Positions 1 through 9,314 of a DNA stretch of 56,718 nucleotides are shown here, piece by piece. The stretch spans positions 1 to 56,718 of the forward strand of contig CAWIEK010000005.1 of NCBI GenBank assembly GCA_963835065.1, given 5' to 3'. Source of the DNA: an uncultured Chthonomonadaceae bacterium (lineage in GTDB: Bacteria; Armatimonadota; Chthonomonadetes; Chthonomonadales; Chthonomonadaceae). Position 1 is the first letter of the stretch. Each line of letters starts with the position of its first letter. The translations under genes and the position numbers were made by a program. Under the pieces are notes generated by a model, which was not told the DNA's origin, made no database searches, and saw nothing but the letters and a program-made list of their open reading frames with translations.

Positions 1-540
1 CGTCATTTGTTTCTTCCCGGTTAAAAGAGGTTTACAACCCGAAGGCCTTCCTCCCTCACGCGGCGTCGCTGTGTCAGGGTTGCCCCCATTGCACAAGATT
101 CCTAATTGCTGCCCCCCGTAGGAGTCTGGGCCGTATCTCAGTCCCAGTCCGGCTGACCATCCTCTCAGACCAGCTACCCGTCGAAGACTTGGTAGGCCGT
201 TACCCCACCAACTATCTGATAGGCCGCAAGCCCCTCCAAAAGCCGCCACATCCACAGGCATTAGGCATTAGGCAAGAAACATTAGAAAAGAACAAGTCCT
301 TCTAATGCCTGGTGCCTGATGCCTAATGCCTGTTTTTTGCGCGCTTTACTCACCTCCCCATGCAAGGAAGTGGGCACATCCGGTATTAGCACCCCTTTCG
401 GAGTGTTGTCCCGGTCTTTCGGGCAGGTTGCTTACGTGTTACGCGACCGTTCGCCGCTAGGGATTGCTCCCCCGCTCGACTTGCATTTCTTAGGCACGCC
501 GCAAGCGTTCGTCCTGAGCCAGGATCAAACTCTCCATCAA
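1..540 (-). rRNA. rrs: 16S rRNA gene, 5' part (runs off window start)
   Basis: Reverse complement of AGAGTTTGATCCTGGCTCAG at 514..533, ACTCCTACGGG motif at ~115..125, and V1-V3 layout. Confidence 0.99.
254..333. repeat. Heptamer (AGGCATT/AATGCCT) palindromic insert in 16S helix 10
   Basis: ACAGGCATTAGGCATTAGGCA...TGCCTGATGCCTAATGCCTGT inverted arms. Confidence 0.9.
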
Positions 541-793
541 GTAAACCTGATGTAATAACTGACTGCCGAAACAATCAGATTGTGAACTGTTTTTGTTCGA
601 CCCGCCCGAAAGCGGATCAAACGAATCCTTGCTCGTTTCATTCCGCAGATGACCTTTCAGTCAACTGCAATTTCCGAAGTCACTATGGTACGTCAAGACG
701 CTTACACTCAAAGTCCACACAAAACGTCAAACGTGATTGTAAAGGTTCGTTTTGTTGTCGCGCTCACTTTGGAGTTCGTCGCGGCAACAATAT

Positions 794-822
794 AGTATGC
801 CACACTTCATTCCGTTTGTCAA
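794..822 (-). promoter_or_regulatory. rrn proximal sigma70-type promoter
   Basis: TTGACA(822..817)-17 nt-CATACT(799..794) upstream of 16S; boxA-like AACCTTTACAAT at 747..736. Confidence 0.65.
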
Positions 823-933
823 GGACGATTTTTGTCAGTATTTATCGCGCCCTGCTTTGCGAAACGGCTGTCTTTTGGGAAGTGGAAGACTGTCGGTTGA
901 CTGTTTTCGGCGTTCCTTCGTAGCAGCAGGATT

Positions 934-962
934 AATATACACCCTTGACTTTGATTTGTCAA
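934..962 (-). promoter_or_regulatory. rrn distal sigma70-type promoter
   Basis: TTGACA(962..957)-17 nt-TATATT(939..934). Confidence 0.65.
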
Positions 963-1021
963 GGGTGTATTCCAAACTTTTTGAATCGGCTTGCGGACTC
1001 ATCAAATCCGCTTCCATTTGG

Positions 1022-1588
1022 CTATTGGATGGTGATCTGAATGGTGTTGGCGGAAAGGTCGCGGCTGACCTGCGCGGAAACCGTTACGCCGTTAATTTGC
1101 GTGGCGCGCAGTTGCGCGTCCACGTTGTACGTGCCGGATTTGGCCTGTGCCCCGGTTTGCAGGTTCATCTGATTCCAGGTTTCCGTAAAGGTTTTGGTTT
1201 CCCCTGCCGCAAACGTCAGCACCTGCGCGGTATTGCCGCTTCCGTTCTGCGCGCTCCACGCCGCCGTGCCGCCCTGCGCGATTTGCACGAAATCCGGGCC
1301 GTCTGTGGTGTAGGTGACGCTGATCGGGCTTGTGCTGACGTTCTTCACGGCGAACGTAATGTTTGCGGGCGTGTTGCGGGCGTAAACGGTACGATCCGCC
1401 GACAGGGTGAATTGCAGATTGTTGGTAGTGCGCGGCGCGGAAGTCACCGGGTTGTTATTGAGGGGCGTGGACGAAGAACCGCTTCCCCCACATCCCGCAA
1501 GCGCGCCGAGGGCAAGCAGCGCGCCCGCAGCGCCGAGCAGGGAACGGCGCGTGAAACTGAAGCGAGTATAACCTTGGTTGCTGCGCAT
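1022..1588 (-). CDS. Lipoprotein with Ig-like (BsuPI-like) domain
   Basis: RR motif, hydrophobic stretch, LAGC lipobox, Ser/Asn linker, beta-rich domain with ETWNQ motif. Confidence 0.7.
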   Translation of the reverse strand: MRSNQGYTRFSFTRRSLLGAAGALLALGALAGCGGSGSSSTPLNNNPVTSAPRTTNNLQFTLSADRTVYARNTPANITFAVKNVSTSPISVTYTTDGPDFVQIAQGGTAAWSAQNGSGNTAQVLTFAAGETKTFTETWNQMNLQTGAQAKSGTYNVDAQLRATQINGVTVSAQVSRDLSANTIQITIQ

Positions 1589-1670
1589 GAATGTCTCCTT
1601 TTGCCTGTCCCGAATATGCGAACCCTTATGGGCGCGGGCAGGCTTTCCTAGAAATCTAACATCGTAGTTA

Positions 1671-1711
1671 GTGACGGCTCCCCAGGCGTAAACGCCGGGG
1701 CTTCTCTCCGG
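1671..1711 (-). mobile_element. IS200/IS605 right end (omegaRNA 3' scaffold)
   Basis: GAAGCCCCGGCGTTTACGCCTGGGGAG hairpin followed by terminal GTCAC just after the tnpB stop. Confidence 0.8.
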
Positions 1712-2830
1712 TCAAGCCGGAACGGTGTGCCGCCCCACACCGATGTTGAGGATGTTCTTTGCCGCGTTCACATCACGTTGCAGCACAAGGCCACAGCACG
1801 AACAAACATGAACGCGCTCCCCAAGTTTCTTTTGGGCGCGATTTCCACATTCCGAGCAGTCTTGGGAGGTGTATGCGGGGTTGACGGCGATCACTTTCCG
1901 GTCGGCTCTTTCAGCCTTACTTTCAAGGACAGCGCGGAACATACGCCAACTGGCATCGGCAATGGACTTGGCAAGGCAATGGTTGTGGACCATACCTTTG
2001 ATGTGGAGGGCTTCTACGGCAATCAGGCCGAAGCGGTTGACCAACTTACAAGCGGTCTGGTGAACAAAATCATGGCGGCGGTTGCGGATGCGCTCATGGA
2101 TACATGACACAACGCGCCGCGCTTTGCGCAGGCTCGTCTTGCGCTGTTGTGTGCGGCAGGCTTTGAGACGTTGCACTTTGCGTTGCGCTTTTGCAAGGGC
2201 TTTTTCGTCCTTGCGGAAGAAACGAGGGTTGCTAATGAACTCGCCCTCACTTGTCGCAGCAAAGTGTTCCAGTCCGACATCCAGGCCAATCTGTTCTGCG
2301 CTTTCAGGCAACGGTTCTTGTTCCACTTCACAGGTGAGGCAGGCAAACCACTTTCCGGCCTGTACTCTTATCGTGCAGGTTTTGGCAACACCCGGCAGGG
2401 AGCGATGAAGAATGGCCTTGACCGTGCCTATTTTGGAAATCCGCAAGGCTTTGTCTTGCACGGCAAAGCCATTTGTTTGTGTGTAGGTAAGGCTGTCGTA
2501 CTGCCCCTGTCCTTTGAAGCGCGGATAGCCCGGTGTTTCGCCGTTCTTGACGCGCCGGAAGAAGGCGGCAAAGGCAAGGTCCACGCGCTTTACCACATTC
2601 TGCAGCACTTGGCTGTGGAGGAGGCGCAGTTCAGGATGCGTCGGTTTCCACAGCGGCAACACGTTCTGCTGTTGCAGGTAAGTTGGGCTTGTGCCGTGTA
2701 CTTCATAGTCGTGCTTGCGCCAGCCCACCATGCTGTTGTACACGTCGCGGGCAGTCGCAAGCATCTGGCGCAGGGTGGTTTGCTGCGCGGCACTAGGCAG
2801 TAGTCTGTATTTGACGGTAAGCCGGAACAT
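1712..2830 (-). CDS. tnpB: IS200/IS605 RNA-guided endonuclease TnpB
   Basis: N-terminal HTH (KYRLLP), GYPRFK, RuvC-I GLDVG, RuvC-II AVEAL, zinc finger CSECG/CSCCG, RuvC-III RDVNAA. Confidence 0.95.
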   Translation of the reverse strand: MFRLTVKYRLLPSAAQQTTLRQMLATARDVYNSMVGWRKHDYEVHGTSPTYLQQQNVLPLWKPTHPELRLLHSQVLQNVVKRVDLAFAAFFRRVKNGETPGYPRFKGQGQYDSLTYTQTNGFAVQDKALRISKIGTVKAILHRSLPGVAKTCTIRVQAGKWFACLTCEVEQEPLPESAEQIGLDVGLEHFAATSEGEFISNPRFFRKDEKALAKAQRKVQRLKACRTQQRKTSLRKARRVVSCIHERIRNRRHDFVHQTACKLVNRFGLIAVEALHIKGMVHNHCLAKSIADASWRMFRAVLESKAERADRKVIAVNPAYTSQDCSECGNRAQKKLGERVHVCSCCGLVLQRDVNAAKNILNIGVGRHTVPA

Positions 2831-2836
2831 ACCGCG

Positions 2837-2866
2837 ATTTTACCGGGCAAACGTGCAGTGTGTCAA
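2837..2866 (-). promoter_or_regulatory. tnpB promoter, probably leaderless
   Basis: TTGACA-18 nt-TAAAT-type -10 (TAAAAT) ending 6 nt before ATG; no SD. Confidence 0.6.
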
Positions 2867-3098
2867 GACAATGATCGCAAAGCAAGCCGAAGATTGCCAA
2901 GCCTTGTGCTGAGGCAAAAGTTTCGCAACAGGAAATCGCTGTATCCGGGCGTCCACCCGCAGGGAAGGACATTCATAAATCAAGGGGTATTAGCGATTTG
3001 AACTCGTTAAAACGAACGTATTATGACGAAATAGCAGCGGCATTGTCAAGGCAATACCACATCTAAATGCCGCTGAATTTCAAAAGTGTCGCCACAAA

Positions 3099-3911
3099 CT
3101 ATTCAAAACGGAACACGCCCTCTTGAGCCGCCTGCTCGTAGGCTACGCGGGGTATCTGCGTCGCCAGTTTGCCGCCGCTGATGTCTATCAGCGTACCCGT
3201 GATATAGCCCGCCGGATCCGAAGCCAGAAAGCAGATAAGACGGGCAATGTCTTCCTTTTCGCCCCATCGCCGCAGCGAGAGCGTATCCAGCAATCGTTCC
3301 TGACGCGCGGGCGCGGCTTCGGCAAAATGGTTCATCTGCGTGGGGATCATGCCGGGCGCGTAGCAGTTGGCCGTAATGTTCCACGGCCCGACTTCGCCTG
3401 CCAGAACGCGCGTAAACGCCACCACGCCCGCTTTGGAAGCGGCATACGCGGCGCCGCCAATGGAAGGCACAATCGCGGCAAAGGAAGCGGCGTTGATTAT
3501 CCGGCCCTGCATCTGCCGCTTCATTATGGGAATGACAGCGCGGCACATCAAAAACACGCCGGTCAGGTTGGTGTCAATGTTCAAATCCCAATCCGCCGGT
3601 TCCTGCTTATCAATGGGGTTGGAGAGGGCAACGCCCGCATTGTTGACCAGAATATCAATGCGCCCATAAGTCTGAACCACAGAGTCTATGAGCGCGGCAA
3701 CAGCCTTCGGGTCGCGTACATCGCAAACGCGCGTATCCCCTTTCCAGCCCTGTTCGGCAAACGCCTGCGCCAATGTTTCCAGTCCCCCGGCCTCCAAATC
3801 CATGCCGACTGTCGTTACGCCCTCTTCGGCCAGCGTCAGCGCAATGGTTTTGCCGATACCCCGCCCCGCGCCCGTCACCAGCGCCACTTTGCCGTTCAAG
3901 TCAATCTGCAT
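3099..3911 (-). CDS. SDR family NAD(P)-dependent oxidoreductase
   Basis: TGAGRGIG, NNAG and YAASK motifs; start at MQIDL. Confidence 0.92.
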   Translation of the reverse strand: MQIDLNGKVALVTGAGRGIGKTIALTLAEEGVTTVGMDLEAGGLETLAQAFAEQGWKGDTRVCDVRDPKAVAALIDSVVQTYGRIDILVNNAGVALSNPIDKQEPADWDLNIDTNLTGVFLMCRAVIPIMKRQMQGRIINAASFAAIVPSIGGAAYAASKAGVVAFTRVLAGEVGPWNITANCYAPGMIPTQMNHFAEAAPARQERLLDTLSLRRWGEKEDIARLICFLASDPAGYITGTLIDISGGKLATQIPRVAYEQAAQEGVFRFE

Positions 3912-4635
3912 TGCCGTTCGCCTTTCCCGGCGCATCCGCGCTGTTGTCCGGGCTGCCGTCTTGCACATTGTCCCGCTTTGCGTTTTGTTCAGACGGCTTC
4001 TGTTCTTTCGGTTTGTTTGCGGTCGGCGGCTTTGCAGTAGAAGTTTTCTCAGTGGAGGACTTTTCTGTGGGCTTTTCGCCGATATTGAACCGGTTCATAG
4101 CCATATCAAAGCCTTCTTTAACGGCGCACTCTACCGCGTCGGCAGCAAGTTCATACGCTTCCTGAATAATGGGCAGTTCTTCCTTGCGGAAGCGCGACAG
4201 CACATGCCCGCGCATATCGCCGGGGGGAGCGCCGCCAACTCCAATCCGTATGCGCGGCACTTCCTGCGTGTTCAAATGCCGAATCACATTGTCCAGCCCG
4301 TTTTGCCCGCCCGCCGAGCCTTTGAACCGCAGCCTCAATCGTCCCACCGGCAGGGCCATATCATCCAGAACAATGAGAATGTCCGCCGTCTCAATCTTAT
4401 AAAAATGCGCAATTGCGCCCACCGCTTCGCCCGACAAGTTCATAAACGTCATCGGACGCGCCAGCAAAATCTTCTCATTCCCAATCACGCCCTCGCCATA
4501 AACCGCCTTAAAATTGCGCTTGGTAACGGCGACACCATGCCGCTTCGCCAGCACGTCCACCACTTCAAACCCGACATTATGCCGCGTTCCCGCATACTCC
4601 GCCCCCGGATTGCCCAAGCCCACGATCAATTTCAT
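3901..4635 (-). CDS. pth: Peptidyl-tRNA hydrolase with low-complexity C-terminal tail
   Basis: MKLIVGLGNPG, TRHNVGF, FMNLSG, GGQNG, RIRIGVG. Confidence 0.95.
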   Translation of the reverse strand: MKLIVGLGNPGAEYAGTRHNVGFEVVDVLAKRHGVAVTKRNFKAVYGEGVIGNEKILLARPMTFMNLSGEAVGAIAHFYKIETADILIVLDDMALPVGRLRLRFKGSAGGQNGLDNVIRHLNTQEVPRIRIGVGGAPPGDMRGHVLSRFRKEELPIIQEAYELAADAVECAVKEGFDMAMNRFNIGEKPTEKSSTEKTSTAKPPTANKPKEQKPSEQNAKRDNVQDGSPDNSADAPGKANGNAD

Positions 4636-4678
4636 AAACATCACAAATCCAGCAAAGAAAACAGAAAAGGAGAGTTAG

Positions 4679-4852
4679 AAACCGCGAAACACACGAAAAT
4701 AAACGAAAAGAAGACGAAAAAACAAGGGCAAATCCGCAGATGCTGTCGCATGTTCAGAACAAACAGGCTCTCTCATTCTTCGGATCCATTAATCCTGTCT
4801 ATTTTCCTCCTGTTCTTTTCCCTTTTCGTCTTGGTTCGTGTGTTTCGCGGTT
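4679..4852. repeat. Palindromic element with AACCGCGAAACACACGAA arms
   Basis: Inverted arms at 4679..4697 and 4835..4852. Confidence 0.8.
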
Positions 4853-4889
4853 CCTTTCTTCTTTTCTTCTTTTCTTCTTTTCTTCCCTG

Positions 4890-6224
4890 CTATCCCTTGT
4901 ATGCCGGCAAATGCCAGGGCTTGCGATACTCGCGGGCGTAGTAAATCGAATTGCGGCCCGCTTTGCCGACCAGGTCCATTTTGTCCTTGCTCCAATGTAC
5001 GGTTTCACCCGCCAGCAGGGACACGTTGATTAGGTGGCAGGTGATTGTGGTTTGCGCCATCGAAGCCAGATTAGAGCGGGGCGGTTCGCGGGTTTTTACG
5101 CAGTCCACCCAATTCTGCCAGTGGTCGTTGGTGGCCGTAACGCGCTCTTTGGGCATCTGCTCGCCTTTTTGATCCAGAATCTCCCAGCCGCCGCGCCACA
5201 CGCGCACGGTTCTGCCGTCCGCGCCCACCCATTCCGTGCCGTGATCGGGACGGCCCGGATAATCGCGCCCCGTCTGCCAGTGCAGCACAAAATCAGGGTC
5301 TTTGAAGCGCATAATGGCCTGCACGTTGTCAGGGGCTTCGCGGTCATCGTCCGTGAAAAAGTATTTGCCGCCGAACGCGGTCACTTCGGTGGGCATGACA
5401 AGATCGGTGTCCTTGCTCATGCCGAGCAGGGCGATGTCAATCATGTGAACACCCCAATCCCCCGTTTTGCCCGTGCCCGTGTTGAAGAACCAGCGCCAGT
5501 TGTTATGAACTTTGTTCGATTGGTAGGGGAACATGGCGGCAGGCCCGACCCACATATCAAAATCCAGCGTGGAGGGGGGCGTTGTCGGCGTGGCCTTGCC
5601 CGCGCCCCGCTCCTCATACTTCCACGCCCGCGCAAGAACCACCTTGCCCAATTTGCCCGAACGCACGTATTCTACCGCGCTGTGGAACTCGCTGCGGCTG
5701 CGCTGCCACGTTCCTACCTGCACGATTTTGTTATAATGCTTCACCGCCGCGTCCATCGCTTTGGCTTCCGTGATGTCGTGCGAAATCGGTTTTTCGCAGT
5801 AGGCGTCCTTGCCCGCTTCGACGGTGTGGATCAGGTTCAGGGCGTGCCAGTGGTCAGGTGAGCCGACAATAATGCCGTCAATGTCCTTGCGCTCCAGCAT
5901 CTTGCGGTAATCGGAAAACAGTTCCGGCGACTTGTTGTACTGTTTGGTCACATCGGCAATGTCTTTAGTCATCCGGGCGCTGTCCACGTCGCACAGCGCG
6001 GCAATCTGCACTTCCGGCTTGCCCATCAGTTCGCGCATGTCGTTTGCGCCCATGCCGCCGCACCCGATCAAGCCCAGCACAAGTTTGTCGTTCGCGCCCA
6101 CTTTGCGCGGGCGGCTGACCGTCTCGGCATGAACCGGCAAAATCCCCGCCGCCCAACTGACGCCCACCGTGCCTGCGGTTCCGAGCAGTTGCCGACGCGA
6201 CACATCTCTGGTTTCTTCGCTCAT
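4890..6224 (-). CDS. Gfo/Idh/MocA oxidoreductase with Tat signal
   Basis: SRRQLL signal, GLIGCGGMG, PDHWH, YCEKP. Confidence 0.92.
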   Translation of the reverse strand: MSEETRDVSRRQLLGTAGTVGVSWAAGILPVHAETVSRPRKVGANDKLVLGLIGCGGMGANDMRELMGKPEVQIAALCDVDSARMTKDIADVTKQYNKSPELFSDYRKMLERKDIDGIIVGSPDHWHALNLIHTVEAGKDAYCEKPISHDITEAKAMDAAVKHYNKIVQVGTWQRSRSEFHSAVEYVRSGKLGKVVLARAWKYEERGAGKATPTTPPSTLDFDMWVGPAAMFPYQSNKVHNNWRWFFNTGTGKTGDWGVHMIDIALLGMSKDTDLVMPTEVTAFGGKYFFTDDDREAPDNVQAIMRFKDPDFVLHWQTGRDYPGRPDHGTEWVGADGRTVRVWRGGWEILDQKGEQMPKERVTATNDHWQNWVDCVKTREPPRSNLASMAQTTITCHLINVSLLAGETVHWSKDKMDLVGKAGRNSIYYAREYRKPWHLPAYKG

Positions 6225-6248
6225 CTCAATCCGCTCCCTTCTTCAATA

Positions 6249-6368
6249 CAGGTTTCAGGTTTCAGGTTTCAGGTTTCAGGTTAGAATTGCCTGATTACTT
6301 TCTCCTGCTTCAAAGCACATTAAAGAAGAAATGCGTTCCTGACACCTGAAACCTGAAACCTGAAACCT
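6249..6368. repeat. Heptamer (CAGGTTT/AAACCTG) palindromic element
   Basis: About 5 units, spacer, about 4 inverted units; intergenic. Confidence 0.9.
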
Positions 6369-6377
6369 CTTTCCTGC

Positions 6378-7565
6378 CTATTTCGCCGCAATCGGCGGTT
6401 TCACCTTCCCATTATCCTCTATTAACGCCCTCATTCGTTCGCGGAGCGCGTCAATCGGCAAAAATTCGCTGGTAAGCGGATGGCGGTAGTGCCAGTGTTC
6501 CCAGCCGTTGCAGGAAGGTTTGTTCAGGCAGCGCGCGGCCACGCTGTGGATACTGCCCCGTTCGCCGCCGCAGGCAATCGTCGCGTCATCTAAAATCGTC
6601 GCTTCCCACTCGGTTCTGCCCAACCGGAGGGTATCGCCGGGGGACAGCAGGCCGTGTTCCAGCAGCATGGCGAACGGTATTTTGCGCTTGGGCGTGTCTA
6701 AGGGCGGCGGCGTCATTTCATCCGGCACGAGGGGCGGCACGATCTGCGCTATTCGCTTTTCCGCCAACTCCACATACGCGGCTTCACGCTCGATCCCGAT
6801 CCAGTTCCGGCGCAGGCGAGCGGCAACCGCGCCCGTCGTTCCCGTTCCGAAAAATGGGTCCAGCACTACATCGCCGGGATGCGAACAGGCGCGAATAATA
6901 CGGTGCAGCAGGGCTTCCGGTTTTTGGGTGGCGTGGGCTTTGTGGCCGTTCGTTTTCAAGCGCTCATCGCCGCTGCAAAGCGGAATGTGCCAATCGCTGC
7001 GCATTTGAACATCGTCGTTACCGGCTTTCAGCGCTTTATAGTTGAAGGTATACTTTCCCTGCTTTTCCGATTTTTTCGCCCACAGCAGCGTTTCATGCGC
7101 GTTGCAAAACCGCGTTCCCCTGAAGTTGGGCATGGGATTTTTTTTGGACCAGCATATGTCGTTTAGCAGCCAGTAGCCCAAATCCTGCAAAATCGTTCCG
7201 ACGCGGTAGATATTATGGTAGGAGCCGCATACCCATATCGTGCCCGTATCTTTCAGAAGAGACTGACAGGCGGACAGCCATTCGCGCGTGAAACGGTCAT
7301 AGTCTGCAAAACTGCCGAACTTGTCCCACGCATCGTCAACCGCGTCTACGTGGGTCAGGTTGGGCCGCCAGAGTTCGTGCTTCAATTGCAGGTTGTACGG
7401 CGGGTCAGCAAATATTAGGTCAACGGACTTGGGCGGCAAGGTCGCCAATAATTCGCGGCAGTCGCCATGCAGCACTTTATTGATGGGCAGCAGCTGGCTG
7501 ACGGGCAAATCAGGCTCAGGTTGTAAACGGACTCGTGAAGATTTCTTAGAATCGGGTTTGGACAT
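6378..7565 (-). CDS. Beta-class adenine DNA methyltransferase, CcrM/M.HinfI-like
   Basis: DPPYNLQL, NPMPNFRGTRFCNAHETLLWA, QMRSDW, TQKPEALL, DPFFGTGTT, C-terminal CNGWEHW domain. Confidence 0.9.
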   Translation of the reverse strand: MSKPDSKKSSRVRLQPEPDLPVSQLLPINKVLHGDCRELLATLPPKSVDLIFADPPYNLQLKHELWRPNLTHVDAVDDAWDKFGSFADYDRFTREWLSACQSLLKDTGTIWVCGSYHNIYRVGTILQDLGYWLLNDICWSKKNPMPNFRGTRFCNAHETLLWAKKSEKQGKYTFNYKALKAGNDDVQMRSDWHIPLCSGDERLKTNGHKAHATQKPEALLHRIIRACSHPGDVVLDPFFGTGTTGAVAARLRRNWIGIEREAAYVELAEKRIAQIVPPLVPDEMTPPPLDTPKRKIPFAMLLEHGLLSPGDTLRLGRTEWEATILDDATIACGGERGSIHSVAARCLNKPSCNGWEHWHYRHPLTSEFLPIDALRERMRALIEDNGKVKPPIAAK

Positions 7566-8120
7566 ACAGGACTCGTGCCTGAAACCGCCGCGCAGCAGGC
7601 ACAGGACGGCAACAGGCAAGGGACATTAAAGCTTAAGGAAGTGCAGCAGGAATACACCATCATTCCGAGGTTGCTGGAACGAGGTTCTGGTATAATTACT
7701 GTGTTCTGGAATCAATTGGGAACCACGAGTTGCCGGATGGTAGCCGGAAAAAGTGATTCCGGCGCGTATTTCTGCATACCTGATTCTTATTCCTCCTATT
7801 CATTCATAAATTTTTTACATTTAACTGGTAAATAGTGAGTCCAACTGAGTTCCAAGTGAGTTTAACGTTGCCCGAATCGCCGTTGCCATGAAACTTCCTG
7901 TACGAAGTTCCGTCTAAATATCGTCTCTATACTGAAGCATATCCACTTTCTTTCAGTTAGCCGAAAATAGCGATTGAACCTTGCGATTTGATGCCCCGCA
8001 ACATCTGCTGTATGAATCGGGCAGGCTGTGCCATAATGAAGAATATATCCGCGCTTGAACGGAAAATGGTTGATTCAAGATTTACCTCGGCATTGTTGAT
8101 TTTTGCAGGAGCGCCGCGCG

Positions 8121-9039
8121 ATGAAGAAGTCCGTGAAAAGTTCCGTTTGGATTGACCGCGAAGAATACCCGTTTGAGTCCCAGTACCAGAAGGTCAAGGG
8201 CGGGCGGATGCACTATGTGGATGTGGGACGCGGGCAGCCGCTTGTACTGGTACACGGCAGCCCGACATGGTCGTTCGCCTACCGCCATCTTATAAAGCAG
8301 TTGTCCGGCGAGTTCCGCTGCATCGCGCCGGATCATTTAGGCTTCGGGCTGTCGGACAAGTTGCAAAAGTTTTCGTACAAGCCGGACGCCCATGCGGAAA
8401 ACCTGGAATGTCTCATCCACGAACTGAACCTGAAAAACATCGTTCTGGTCGTGCATGATTACGGCGGGCCGATTGGCCTGAACTACGCCATTCACAACCC
8501 GCATAACATCAGCCGCCTTGTGGTCATGAACACATGGATGTGGTCCCTCAAAGGCGACCCGACCCTGGAAAAATCCAACCGCTTCCTGAACCAAAAAATC
8601 GGCACATGGCTCTACCGTAAGATGAATTTTCAGGCGCGGTTTATGCTTCAGCAGGCGGTGGAAAATAAAGCCAACCTGCCCAAAAACATTCAGGCGCAGT
8701 ACATCAATGCCTTCCCTACCCCCGATTCGCGCAAGGGCATGCTGACGGCGGCGCGGGAACTCATCGGTTCGAGCGATTGGTTTGAAAGCCTGTGGCGATC
8801 CCGCGAAGTTTTGCAGGACATTCCCACCCTCCTGCTTGTGGGGGATGCAGGACCCGTTCATTGATCTGAATTCGCTGGACAGGTGGCATCAACTGTTCAC
8901 TCGGCAGCGCATGGTGCGTCTGGCGGGCGCGGGCCACTTGCTGATGGAAGACAACAAGTACGACCTGCACACCTTCATACGCGACTTTTTGCAGGATCAC
9001 GAAGTAGAAGAATTGGGTCGGGAAAAGCAGTTGGCGTAA
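8121..9039 (+). CDS. Alpha/beta hydrolase (haloalkane dehalogenase-like); apparent +1 frameshift near 8836
   Basis: HGSPTW, GFGLSDK, HDYGG; LWGMQD...AGH continues in the next frame. Confidence 0.85.
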
Positions 9040-9155
9040 GGGCGCGGTGTTCAGGTATTTGGGTGTTCAGGTGTTTGGTGTTCAGGCAATGCAAAATTTC
9101 TATGGGATGGAAGTATTTCCTGCTTCTGGATGGCTGTTTTGAAAAATTAACGGGC

Positions 9156-9224
9156 TTTGTGCTATTTTTTTAGCACAAAACCTTGACAATTCTTTCGCAA
9201 GGTGCTATATTTTTAGCACCTTGC
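9156..9224 (+). promoter_or_regulatory. blaI promoter with two GTGCTA-N6-TAGCAC operators
   Basis: Palindromes at 9156..9179 and 9197..9224 flank TTGACA (9183) and overlap TATATT. Confidence 0.75.
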
Positions 9225-9314
9225 TTTTGTTTGTGTCTGATTTGGCTTTTCGGCCTGCTTTCGGACTTGAACCGCTCTTTGATTGGCCTATTTCTGGAAA
9301 GGATAACGATTGCT

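Noticed and set aside
3901..4085. 5-aa repeats in the Pth C-terminal tail
   Set aside because: Ordinary low-complexity tail with no link to the heptamer family
3688..4941. Long antisense ORFs (also 752..1651, 45088..46329, 53778..54932)
   Set aside because: Shadow frames of real GC-rich genes on the opposite strand
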